A stretch of 64,000 nucleotides of DNA, taken from assembly GCA_903813345.2 (NCBI GenBank), contig CAIIXF020000001.1:6696001-6760000 (forward strand). Reading direction: 5' to 3'. This stretch comes from Owenia fusiformis. Its lineage: Eukaryota. Shown here in pieces: positions 11,821 through 25,456 of the stretch; the first letter of the stretch is position 1, and each line of letters begins with the position of its first letter. The notes beneath the pieces were generated by a model. The model worked only from the letters and a program-made list of their open reading frames with translations, had not been told where the DNA came from and searched no databases. Both the position numbers and the translations under genes were made by a program.

Positions 11821-14642
11821 CTGATGGTTACAAACATCAAAAATTCAAAAAACATCACAAATTAAGACCAATGTTTAATGATGCTTGTATACACCCATCA
11901 AACAGCACTTGTGGGATTTCCAAAAGGTATGGATATGATAAAATGTTGACATTCCTTTTTTGATATTCATTATTTTTGGGGGAGTTTTGGATAACACAGG
12001 TAAATGATTAAGAGAACCATTGGGATCAGACCAATAAGGCAAGTGATCAAGTTACTTCTTTTTTGAAATGTAAACCTTATTAAATTAAAGAGCTGTTCCT
12101 GGAATATTGTGGTGGCAGAGCGTGTTAGATATTGGTTCTCAACTTGCCTTTCAATCTTTGGCCTTTCTCTTTTTTGCCCTTGTGCTTACTTTTATCTATC
12201 AGTGTCATCATAATTCCTTTTTCATTCTTGATAAAAAACTTAAAGTATACTTTGTTGTAACAGTTGTTACTGTTAGGTTATAGAAATTTTGCTAACACAA
12301 TTATCATGCACTAAATTCTACACACTTTCAAAAGCATGCTTAGCATCATCTCTTGTGATACTGAATTGAATCACTCAGTTGTTAGGTTCAGATTCATCCT
12401 TTCCATTATCCTTTCAAACTAATATTATTAATCGTCATCTTATCAACACAATATTAAGAATCTATAATTGCAGTGTAATAATGTGACAATAAACCATTCA
12501 TAAAAATGATGCATGCAAACAATATAAAAAAATAATACCACAACTTACGGACATTATTTAACACTTGCAGATTATCTCAATGTTGTTGGTCTAGTTCGGT
12601 TGCATGGTACTATAACATATCAATATCTTATCAGTTCAGAGCTTGCTGAGTTAACCTCCATTTTATAGCTTGATTGAATTAATGTGAGTTTAAATAAAAA
12701 CATATACTGATTTGTTTAATCATTTCAATAACCTAGATCAATTTTGTGTGGGTGTAGCTACCTTTTTATAAATATTTTTGAAGCATCTGTAAACTTTATC
12801 CAATAAATAACAAATTGTAATTGTTTCCTATCATGTCATAAAGTCATAATATTTAATTTAGTAGGCTTATATTTGTGTATTTAAAATATTGCTAATCTAG
12901 GACTATTCAACAATTTCTCTTTAATTGCATGATGGCTGGTGGAAAGTCTTATCTAACTTCTTTTACTCAATGATAAGAAAATAAAATGATGAATGAATAA
13001 TAAGTCTGAGATATAAAAGAAACCGCAAAAACTATACCAATCCAGGATGTGTTCATGAATAAAACTGCAAAACAAATACAATAAAAGATATCTTTAAATC
13101 ATTTATTGTGAACCAGGTTAAAAGTTGAGCAATCTGAAACCTGATATATGATAACCATACGGCGATCACTACCAGATATAATTAAAGCTGGAATTCAATT
13201 ATTCAGATAATATGGCATCAGATGAAATACTAATAATTGCGGATGTGGGGTATGGAAATTCAGCCGGGACAATGTGTGGGATAGATGCTGCTTGAGATTG
13301 AGGAAGATATATTTAGATTAAGTATCTATTGTAAATCAACTAATCCTACTAAAGACAGACTAAAGTCTACATTGCATTGTTTTTGACTGCTATTTTTGGA
13401 TTCTCTTCTTTGCACTGGCAGAATTAGGCTGAAGTTAAAGGTAAGTTGGATTTTGATGTCATTTAATTAAGAGTCGAGAATTAAACTTTATATGTTGGGG
13501 AAAAAAGAATCCAATAAATCAATTCAGGGAAAATTACAAACATGAAAATTCTTATGAAGATATCACTTTTCGAAAGCAATACAAGCCCTGTAAATCATAT
13601 AACTATAATATAAAGTAATGTTAATATAAAACATAAAAAATTTCTAAATAAATTATTGAACAAAAAGATAATATGTAGATACACTCTAGATATTATGCGA
13701 TGATTGAAAAAATATTGTTTCTGCTCCAGCTATTTTTGCTGTTTTAGATTCTTTATTTGGCACCCACTGCACTTATATCTGTTTAATTTCTCATAAAATC
13801 TTTGCCCATTAAATCCAAGAAAATTAATTAATTAATTCAACAAGGTACTACCTCATAACAAACTGCTTAATCTATCCTAATATAAATTGTACTGGACATG
13901 ACATAAAAGAACATAAGGTTGAATAACTTTAATAATCATTATCTCTATTAATAACAATGAAAACATACAATATAGGAATTAGTATAAAAAATTTCTCATT
14001 TATATTAATAAAAAAACTTTTTTATATCACATTCTTGATGGACAGAAACATATTCATCAAAACAATCACCATTGTGTAAATGACCGACTGAACTGCCATA
14101 TCAGTGAATAATATTTTTACATCTGTAAAGAAATACACTCAATGTCCATCAATCAACAATTAAATATGTCAATGACGAACTGCGTAATCACAACCCACTA
14201 GTTTTATTTTTCAATCTAATAATACATTGAATATAATTTATAGCTGGTTAGCTGCCAGTTTGGTTACTCTATGTTGTTCTCATTAAAATACAAACGTCAT
14301 AGATTTGGATTATTTCCACTAATCCATTATATTTTTCTTAAAGACATTCAAAGTATAATGTGGAGGATAAATACATTAATGATCCCACATTCAAATCTAA
14401 ATGCGACCTTGTGAGGGAGTAATTTATCCTCATGTCACTACTGGGTTATTAATGGTAATTTTACAGGCTACATTGTGAGACTGTAACATTTATAGACAAT
14501 AAGATAATAATATAATTCTGAGTTATGGAAAATTCTTGCATCAAGCAGAGAATATGGCACACCTTAGAACCTGTCACATGCTGTGATAGAGAACCTAGAA
14601 ATGATTTGTGATCATTTATATAGCTTTTTGACATTGTAGAGG

Positions 14643-17600
14643 ATGGAGTTGAAAGGACTTTACACCGTAACACTAGCACTGGTGCACATAGTATTGGGTA
14701 AGTCAAACATATTTTCGAGATTAAAAGGAAAAGACAAAAATGTTACTTGACTTGAAACAGTGTTTGTATATTTTCATACAAATTATTGTACATACAATAG
14801 TTATTATACAATTTAATTAATAGCAAAATAGAAAGCTGAGAAAGGATTACATATAATTATCAATTGTGACGAAATGCCGTCTGACATTAGTAACTGGGTG
14901 TAAATTCTAAGTTAGCGATCTAGAAGATGTGAACTAATACACTGATCACTTTATGTGTGTTTTTGGTGAGGTAATTAATAAGACCAAAACTCACAATTCA
15001 AATTGTGATGTGGAAAAAATGGCGGATATATGATTTCAAATTTTATGATTACGACATGACCAGTTGTTCATGCAAGAATTTATCTTTAAGGACAACTGAA
15101 ATAGCTTTTCTCAACTTGCAGCTACAAAAATGTGGTATTCTCCATTGTAAGCCCATCGTAGAGTTCTTGCGATAGCCATTATAAAATAAATGTTAGATAA
15201 CTGCAAATGGTCATAGATAACGAAATAAAACTAACTGATGAATCAAATTGGCCCCCACGTGATTAGTAACGTCATATACAAAATATAACTTTGGTTTATT
15301 GGTTCCATAGTAATCACAACGTCACGGCAACCATAGGATTGTTGTGTAAACAAATAACAAAACATTTTGGCATTATGACGTCATGATCTAATGGACCAAA
15401 AACGGGCCACGTGGGGACCAGTGAGAGATCACGTGGGGGCCAATAATGTCACAACCAATTCGAATATTGCTTATTAAGCAGCTATAACGATTGTTAGAGT
15501 GAAATAGTTTTCACACTACTGATGAGAAAACATGTCCAAATACATCTATCAAAAAAGTATACTGATTCCTTTAGGTTAAAAATACCATTTCATATCTGCT
15601 TTAATGGAAGGTCACGATATAGTATCCTTAGAAGAAGGTAACTTGATAGTAATCACTTAGCAAATATCAATTGTTTTTATTATACCATTTGCAGCATCAA
15701 TGTATAAGATTCCCTCTTGTTGAATATTTTATCCACTGAAGGTTTATTAAAAGTACTTGATAAGAATGAGAACCAGGCCTTTAAAAAGAGGGAGTTATTA
15801 ATTTCAGTCTACTACACTATCAAATAATTGCACGATAGCTGACCTTGATAATGTTAAAGCAGACAAGGTCATGAATCCTATGAAATACACATCAGACACA
15901 CATTAGACAAATAAAATCATCATTAACTATTAAAGTAGCATTGACATTGATCAACCTTGGTCATAATGCCTTGAGACCATTGCAAAATGACATCAAGAAA
16001 AACAAATTATTGATAAGAGTACCAAATTTCTATGGTGTACAGGGTGTCCCAAAAGTATGCCCCCTCCCCTAGGCAGACACATACCAGTGTCGTCATAGTG
16101 TCATATATCATTTTAAAGCTTATCCAATGTTAACATAGATTCGCCAAGTATCATGGTTCAATTCTCAAAAGTGAAAAAAAATGAAATGGCATTTCAAAAT
16201 TTATTGTTTGACCAAAATTAAGTTCAATTTTACACCAAATCACTAGTCAATGTGTCCTCCCGGGCCATTCTAATAGCAGCAATTCTTTTCAGGTTGGATG
16301 GATATTGAGTTGGAAAAAGAGGACGGTGAGGGTAGATTCTCTCAGGAAACTATTCTAAAGTGCTTTAAAAAGTTTTAAGAGGATTACAAAATTCCACACC
16401 CCTATTTGAAGGGGTTTTAGGTCAAAACTGAAAATAATTGCTGCTATTAACATGGCCAAGGGAAGACACATTGATGAGTAATGTGGTGTAAAATTGAACT
16501 TTATTTTGGCCAAACACTAAATTTCAAAATGACTGTAACTTTTTCACATTTGAGAGTTGAACCATGATACTTGGCAAATCAATGTAACTTTGGGATGAGC
16601 TTTAAAATGATACATGACACATACGTTGATGAAACTGGTGTATGTCTGCCTAGGGGGGCCCCATACTTTCGGGACACCCTGAATATAAACTAAATGTACT
16701 GCAATGGACTACACTGATATATTTTTCCTATTCATCTGAAACTTTTGAAATAAATATATCAACAATAATATCCAACTGATTAATGATTAAATCTAATTCA
16801 GATTGATGCATTAGAGTATGCTCAGTATACACATCACATATGTGTGGGTGGACAGCTTGTACAATTGGCAGAGAAGTAGATCAGTATATAGTAAATAAAC
16901 AAATAGTTTATATAAACTGTCATTATTTACAAATCACAATTTCATGTATTGAGATACTCATATTCAATGACTCTGAATATTTTCTGATCATAAAAATTAA
17001 AAAGTGTGTTTTTCTAATATAATTACATGAAACTTTCAGAAAATAAAGATCAACATCTTAACAATTTTGTGTTTCAACAGAAAATAATATATTTTAGCTA
17101 CTTTTCTAAATAGTTTTTAATACGGGGTCGCGGCCACCCAGAACGGTATTTGAAAAAAGCAAATCACATCACAACTGTTATAATATGGCAAATACTTTAG
17201 GTGCAGGTGCACAACCTAACACCAGTCATGATATGAGAGAATTTCCAGTTTTCAATCTGAGTGTCATCTGCCATCATCATCTTCACATATTAAGACCTAC
17301 TTTTCAACATATTTTCCATGAATTTGAACACATTTTTCAGACCACTTTACCAAAGAATGGAAGACATTTATGAAACCGCCATTGCTTATGTGATACAAAT
17401 GCTGCTGGGGTGCCACTCTAAACCTCATCCAATGAGTAAAAAACGTTTTCTTTCAACCCTTCTTTCAACTTGGAGAAAAAGAAGAAAATCACACAGAGCC
17501 ATAAGACTGTATGGTACATATGGTAGCTGTTCATGGTCAATAACAGTGAAAATATCTCGTAGTATACTTTGTTCCACTTTGATTTCTATCCTGTTCTCCA

Positions 17601-20600
17601 TTTCAGCAGCCATCTTGGAGCAAAAATGATACCAAAATGAGGGTTGCTTGTCTGATGTCATTTTCTTAGAATTAAACATATACAGCCATTGTCATATATG
17701 ACATGATAATTAAAACACAATTAATTGATTGCTTAATAACATTGGTTTAACATTCAAAATTCAAAGAAAGATAGTGGTCAAGACTTGTGAAACAAGTGAA
17801 ATGGCAGGAACATTTAGGGCTGAAAGTTGTCATGTGCGAATACCGTTCCTGATGGCAGGGTCCCTATATTAAAAACTATCAAGAAAAAAAACTTGTTGTT
17901 GTTGGTCTTTATTATTGGAAAGTTTAAAGTAATTTTATCAAAAACTTACAAAATTAGAGTAGGGTGTCCAAGACTTTTGGATCACCCCTCGTATAGGGCA
18001 AGTAAAGGACAAACATGAGTTATATAATGTGACTGACTCAAAGGGACTCTATGGGCACCCTCATGGAAACCCTCTTGCTATCCAATTTTCAATTGGGCCA
18101 CTTTCGGAATTTTATTTCTAAAAGTCCCTGTATGAAACCTTTTAAGATACTAATCAAGGCATGGTTAGGATGAGGTGAACTGTTAAGGAAGTAGGTGGAT
18201 GAGTAAAGAATTAGTAGAAGCATGCTTTGAACTATTGGAATGAGAGGAAACTAGTAGAATGGGTTTAAACTGACTGCAGATGGACTTGAACTGCTTGGAA
18301 AAGTTGTCAGGTTAAGGTGGACAGGCAATTTTACGCAATCTGAACTTGAAAAGTGGTCTATCTACTTTAGCCCCTTTATCCTGTCCATGAACAGACCTAA
18401 CTTAGTCAAATTACGTCTTAGTCATATATACAATGTCATTCAAAACAAAATAAGCACAGGGTGTCCAAGAACTCATGAGAATATTTTGAGTCAAGGGTGA
18501 TTTTTCTTCAAAGGTGTAGTTTAAAAAAGGGCATGTATTAAAGATTTACTTTCCTGTTATCTCAAAATCTGCTTGGAACTGTACCACTGCATGGATTTCA
18601 ATGGGAAATTCCTCAAAGAGAAAATTCTAGGGATTATAAGGAATGTGTACAGTTTATACCATTTGAGAAATTATTGGCACACATACAGCCTATTTAAAAC
18701 AGCATTTATATTATTCAAAAGCATTGATTATCAATGATTCCCAGCTCTCTGAAGTTTGAAAAATTAAAATACCTCGGCGCGGTGTTAATTCATAAATAAT
18801 CCTTGAAAATGAGAAATATTTTTGGGGATTATATGGTGGAATCTTATAGTCAATAAAATGTTTTAAAGTGTATTGATGTTTTTTGGATGAAAACATAAGC
18901 GAAATGCATGATACATGAATCAAGATGCAGAATTCTTGAAGTCTTAAAAACAATGAAAAACTATTCTCATCAAAACAACAAGTGAGTGCCAGTTTGAAAA
19001 CAAATGACTTTGATGAATAGGTTTCAATGTGACTACCAGACCATGAAACATTTATCTATTGATATTAAGTCTATACATCAAACGCTGTGTTTACCTATCA
19101 CGCTACCACCCCTCATTTGTTAGGGCACTGCCCTCTTTTTCAAATAGAGCTATATAATTGTGTTAAATGTGCCATAATTCAAAACCTCTACAAAGACAAT
19201 TAAGTATATCACAGTGACATCATTCACATAAACTGAGATTTCTGAAATTTTTTAAAGATTTATAATGCAGAAATGTTAACTGTCTGCACAATAAGATTAA
19301 AACAAGTGTCATTCCCTTTCCAAATTATTGTGAAATTAAACCCCCAAAATGAAAGCATTTTCACGAAATACATGTGAGTGCAGAACTCTTGGACTTTTTG
19401 AAAATAAGTATGACAAGTTTTCAGTGAGTAAAAAATGTTGTAAATTTGTAAGTGAATTTTAAACATGCAGTTACCCTCAATTCATGATACCCTCCCAATC
19501 TAGGTCACTGGGAGCAATAAAAATTGCAAAATAATTCATTAAATAATTGCAAACAAATTTCTGCAACCTTTTTCAGGAGTTGCTGTACAGACAAAATGCA
19601 AGTGTGGCAAACCACCTCCAATCAAACAGGGAAGCATAAAACTATCAGATGGGAATAACTGTCGGTCAATCGCAACATATACTTGCAAGAACAGTGAAAG
19701 GTAAATACATTTTATAAATTGAGAGATTTTAATATAGTGAAACTATAGTTAATGTTTTAGTTTATAACTATAGGTTATAAATATAAATGAACTAAAGTTA
19801 TCAATTTTGCTGATAAATAAAGCTTACTTATAAAGTAAAGGAAAACTCTAGATTAATAGTTTTGGCAAGATATCTTTCATTTAAGTTCCTTTAACATGTA
19901 CAGAATGAATAACTGAAAAAATCATCAGGTCTTGTTGTGACATAAGACACAGTAATGTGTCCAAAACAGATAAGCAAATCTTCACATGTAAGATAGATGA
20001 TTTTGCAGACAACATAATGCAGGATAATGAGAGACAATTACCAAACTTTAAGTAACATGTACATGTAGTCTTGTAAAATAATAAAAAGTTTTAAGTACTG
20101 ATGAGAAATTGTAAGTTTCGTTGGACCTGTTTCTAGTGGTCACCCTGTAAAGTATATTTTTAGATCATAGCAAAATTATCTTGACTGATTTTTTCAGACG
20201 ACCAATACCACGCCGAACTTTGAAGTGCAGAACCAATGGTCAATGGCACACAGGCGACATCAAAGTAGTGAAGTGCAAGAAACAAAAACAAAAAAAGCAA
20301 CCTACTATCCCTGATAATGCTGTTAAACCCCAACAAACTGCCATAGACCCACCTCGTGAGTCTCTTCCTAATGAGAAGATGTCTGATACTGTTCAAGGTT
20401 TTTTTGGTGGGTTGGATCTTAACTACGCAGAATCAACATCTATACATTATTATAATTTCAAAAGAACAATACAAACCTGCATATTTATTTAGCAATGTTC
20501 ATTGTCTATAAAAGAATGTTGATTTTGATTCTGCACTCACTCTTTCTCTCTAAATTTAAATGTCTATAATATCTTACCTACTTTTCTTCTCAAAATTGAA

Positions 20601-23600
20601 AGCAATATATTCAAGATAGAACATTTGCAAAATCAATATATATTGCACCTTCAATCCCTTGTTGATTAATGAATACATTGATATGACAAGCTTATATCCC
20701 TCTTACAAACATTTATGCAAATCATCAAGTTTCAGTTAGGTCAAGGTCTACTGAATATCATCTGTTTTATTTACATATCTAGATTAAATCTACTACCTTA
20801 TAAGTTTTTCTTGTCTTGTATGATTTTTTATTATCAATTCTTAATTTATTCTCTTTTATTTAAGAGGTTAGAAACATGTATACATTTCTTTGCATTGTGT
20901 AAATGGTACATGGGCTCAACTTTTTTCCAAATCTATTCACTGGTTCCCTTCTAATAGCAGAGGCAAGCAAGCTTTCACTCATTTACAAATGCTAAAAGGT
21001 TTAGTTACATTCTTATAAGTTGACTCAAAGATACACAATGATGCCTTGCTGAGTCCACTACTTTTTTTACCTGATTACATGACTTTAATGTAATGTAATG
21101 TAATGAGTCATTACTTCCTTGATAGTGAATATTTTTTAAATTTACCCCTTACATTCTTGTAACAATAGCGATAAGGTCTGGTAAAACAAGGAACAAACTG
21201 TGGGATATCGTTCAACTGAACATTGTTACATATCTTTAAACCAATGTATGAAGGTAACCAAACCTTAAAAGAGTGTTTAAAAAAGGTTTTCCTATTAGAA
21301 GAACAAGACAGGAACCAATGGTATTGCTAAAGCTATGTAGCAGGTTTTGGCTTATCCCAAGGGAATTTCCAGGAACACAATATGCACTTTATAGTCATAG
21401 CCACCTTTGGTAAATTTTCTTCAGTTTATTCATTTACTATCACCAAGCTAATATGATTACTGGTATATATTGTATATAATATTGGGTTGCTAATATTTTT
21501 TTGATTATTGAACTGGTGATATCTGATTATCCCTGATCCAAATGTTTTATCGGTGATGTAAAGGTCGGTGATGTACTTTAGCCTTTACATTCTGTCTACC
21601 ACCCTCATAGTCTTGAAAAAATACGTTTGTGTTTAAAATCATCCTCAATTCATTAAGCCATGGACTTAAATCCTTACAATTTTTGTAACACTCAAAGATT
21701 ACTGCCCAAGAAATAAGATTGCCAATCTCTATTTTAGCATAGTTAATATGTAATGTAACAAAATTGATCATAAAAAGAGGGCTTTGTATAAAAAATCTCG
21801 TACCTAGTACCCACATATGTGATAAAAGCTATTTTGGCAAACAATAAAAAACTCAAACTAACAATTCTGGCTTTACTTTATGACTCTATATCTATCTATC
21901 TTTGACTATATGAATTTCACATCTATAAATACCATGAGTGCATTAATAGTAAGTTGGCATTAATTAAGATTGAATAATATTTTAGAACTTTAAAAATTGA
22001 ACCCTTCAAAGACTGTATCACGAATCACATATGTGGGTACAGGGGTACATGTTTTTTTATACAAAGCCTAAAAAGAGATACACTACATTTAACAAATGAA
22101 TAACAATTAAAATGTCTGTTTTATTCAGGGAGGGATTGTGAGAAAGGCTGTAAAATACCGGTGACACCAAGGAATGGGCGAATAGTGAGCACAACAAATC
22201 TAGCGGAACCTGAAAACAGACTTTGCGCAGATGTTGTTTTCTTTCAATGTCGTGAAAATTATAGGCTACACCCAATTAATGGTTCTTCAATAAAATGTGA
22301 TGACAGTGAGACTAACAGATGGTCAGATTATCCACCATTATGTATACGTAGGTACATTATGTATACACCATATCTGAAGAAAAAAATTTAGTCTGACGGA
22401 ATAGTAATGTCACAACTTTTAGACTATTTATTCAAGTTGCCCAAAATGAGGAACACAACTATTCAGGAATTTTCTGCTATTGCCCTTTATTTCAAAGATA
22501 TTCCCTAAATGACTCCCCTAAAGCCTATAAGCCTCTTAATACTCCTCTGGATAACCTGCTCTAATCTGCACTAATAATGAATGCAACTCAAGCAGGATAA
22601 ACAGGGTGTGCTAAAACAGTCATTATTGTTCCCCAGCTGAGTGTGTAGTAACTTTGATGTGATGTCAAAGTAACAAAATGGAGTAACTGCCTAGGTTTGA
22701 GTTCAGTAAGATTTTTGTTTTCTCGATTTAAATCTACATGTTCACTTACAAGGCAAAGTTAAAGAATATACCTTTGGTACCTTAGTGATGTTTTAGTCAA
22801 AATAACTAGATGGGTAACAGATTGGGTCTCCTTGAACATAGAATCCTGTCAGTTAGTTTTCATGAAAGGAATATTCAATAATGAGGGTCAAAGAAAATGA
22901 ATACTAAAACTGGATTTTCTCTTATGACTGGGGTGTTAACACTAAATTATGCTATACTTCCAGCTGAAAGCTGTGCCTCCAAACAACACATGTGTCAACA
23001 TGGTGGAAAATGCATTATTGATGGGGAAGGAAGTTTTTACCACTGTATGTGCCCCATAGGTACAAGAGGGGATTTCTGTGAATTTGGAGCCCCATCAGGT
23101 AAGTCATCATCAATGCATATACAAGTACATGTATAATATATTTTTATGTTACATTTATGTTATCACGCATCAACATAAATGCTCAAGTTAACAGGGTGAC
23201 CAAAAATGCAACCTTTCAATTTTAGAATAAATATCTTATTTTTGAAGAACCTTTTTGATTTTTTGTGTACATAGATTGCTAAATGGAGAAAACAGCAGTG
23301 TAGTTTTCTAAACAAACAATGATTTCCTTCTGGGTATGTTCTTGTATTGGATTGTCCAAAAATCTTTCAAAAGTCAAAATTTTTCTTTCAAAATTTTTCA
23401 GACATTGGGATTCCTGTCATTGTCATTATCCGAGTCATTTCTGGATGGCACTCAAACTATTGATCAATAATAAATCCTGTTTTCAGACTTTTCAGGAATA
23501 AGTTGGTCAATACGAAGTGACTTTCTAAAATTGCATTTTCATGATTTGGCTTGATTTGGAACAATCCTGAATAGAAAACATGATTTCTCTCAATCACAAA

Positions 23601-24360
23601 ATGTGAAAGGAGTATTCCACTGTTTGCTCCACTGATCACTCTATACACATATGAAAAATACCAAAATTTAGTAATTCAAGTTACTCAAACATAACAGAGG
23701 GCTGCAACTTCTGGGGTCACCCTATAAAACATATTAAAGCAATAGCTCAAATCACTTTCACCAAAATCATTAAATAATCTGATTTTTCCTGATAATGAAT
23801 ATTATTTCAATTCTCTTAATTCAGTTATAATATAAATATGTTCATACACATAATTTGATAAAACACATCATCTTAAGCATGTTTCATAATGATTCAACTT
23901 TCTTTCAACATAATTTATTTCACCTTTCAGATTGAACCAAGTCCAACAGTTGAAACTTGTTGAAATGAAATCAAGTTGAAAGAACATTGAACATATTATA
24001 TAAAACTACTTAAATGGACATTTAATGTAATAGATAATCAGCTGTCATACAATATAGTTACAGCCTTTTTTAAAATTGGTAACATATGAAAAGGGGAATC
24101 CCCAAGTACATGTATTTTCACATCTGTGAATTGCTGTAACATTTATAGAATAAATATGAACCATTACTGTACATCAATAATGGTTTGTCCATTGATTTAC
24201 AGACAATCCATGTGACGGCTATAAATGTGTTAAGGGAGTGTGCAAAATTGACAGAAATGGAGAAGCATATTGTAAATGTACCAATGAACATGCAGGTTCT
24301 GTATGCCCACTATCTAGAATATTAAATGCACTTTCCACAGACACTGATCCAGGAAAATAA
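14643..24360 (+). CDS. Secreted sushi(CCP)-sushi-EGF-EGF protein, paralog A (~282 aa)
   Basis: Exons 14643-14697 (MELKGLYTVTLALVHIVL, signal-like), 19577-19700, 20198-20355, 22129-22347, 22964-23098, 24203-24360. All introns GT-AG, phases compatible, total 849 nt. CCP Cys/Trp pattern and EGF patterns CQHGGKC...CMCPIGTRGDFC and CVKGVC...CKCTNEHAGSVC. Confidence 0.8.
16040..16681. mobile_element. Tc1/mariner-type MITE, copy 2 (intron 1 of paralog A)
   Basis: cagggtgtcccaaaagtatg...catactttcgggacaccctg; homologous and inverted relative to 3511-4145. Confidence 0.85.
17123..17866. mobile_element. Probable degenerate TIR element
   Basis: Imperfect inverted termini ggggtcgcggccacccagaacggtatt / aataccgttcctgatggcagggtccc; no recognisable transposase inside. 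Confidence 0.35.
21780..22068. mobile_element. PIF/Harbinger-like MITE, short copy
   Basis: ggctttgtataaaaa...tttttatacaaagcc termini, shared with 24959-25456. Confidence 0.65.
23192..23724. mobile_element. Degenerate Tc1/mariner-type non-autonomous element
   Basis: Imperfect TIRs cagggtgaccaaaaatgcaacc / ggctgcaacttctggggtcaccct. Confidence 0.5.
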
Positions 24361-24958
24361 CACATGAACTAAATCCAAATAGGAATCAACATGAAAATGA
24401 TTTTTGAGATTAATGATGTATGAGCATATACATCATGTATTCCCGGTGCTTTAAAAGAACTTCATACAAAAAATGCTGAACACTGAAGACTATACCGTGA
24501 TGGATGACTTGTGGAGAACACAAACATAAGGATTACAAATAAGAAAACCAAACTGTTTAATCCAATTGCAAAAAAAAGAATAAAAAAAAAATGTTTTAAC
24601 ATTATGTTCAGAATATGTTAAAGGCTACACACATTGTAATAAACACACACATTGTAATAAACAATAGAATAATGATGTTTTATTGGGTTGTGACTGGAGC
24701 AATGAATGCAGCCTGAATCAAATTGTGGTATTTACCTCTGTGAACAGAACAAATGGAAGCTGGGAATAGTGGATTAGCCATCCACAAGATCAAAAATCTG
24801 TAATGAAAAATCTAGTACATTCATAACATAATGCAACTTGACTACAAGATTCTTCATGTTGAGTGCAACATCATTAATTTAGTGCAATTCAGGTTTCATA
24901 AACAATTCATGATTTCCTATACAATATGTATAATAATTTACAAATGTTCTCTAAATTA

Positions 24959-25456
24959 GGCTTTGTATAAAAAAAACTCCTACCTCATACCCACCTACCC
25001 ACCTACATGGAACATGATACAGTAATTGAAGGGTTCAATTTTAAAGATAATTAAATCTCAAAATAGCTCAAATTATTAACATTTCTACAATTCCGGCTTT
25101 AATTTATGACTAGACAGATGACAGATCCATAAATAAAGACATATACATGTACATAATGTGTAATGACCCGAGGTCGCCCCGGGGGGAATAAATAACTAAC
25201 AACCACGAGCATAGGTCTAACAAGCCAGATAAAGAAATTGAAAGAAAGTGTGCTAAATTCGATGCCCCGAGTGGGAATTGAACCCAGCTGGGATGTAGTA
25301 GCAACTTGCTATCAAGGGTCCTTACAAATGCATCTATAATTCATCATAAACTAAGATTTAATAAACTAAGATCTTTAAAATTGAACCCTTCAAAGACTGT
25401 ATCATGTCCCACGTACATGGGTGGGTATGAGGTAGGAGGTTCTTTATACAAAGCCT
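24959..25456. mobile_element. PIF/Harbinger-like MITE with ~85-bp TIRs and an internal tRNA-like segment
   Basis: ggctttgtataaa...gaagggttcaattttaaagat / atctttaaaattgaacccttc...tttatacaaagcc. Confidence 0.7.

Noticed and set aside
13318-13440. Exon-like segment with a strong donor (aag|gtaagt)
   Set aside because: Stops in all three frames; at most a 5' UTR exon of paralog A.
17185-17679. Overlapping ORFs of 62-103 aa inside a putative TIR element
   Set aside because: No transposase or other recognisable motif.
23931-23990. Strong acceptor in the last intron of paralog A
   Set aside because: Splicing gives Asp then an immediate stop; a truncated isoform is possible but unsupported, and the EGF exon at 24203 fits better.
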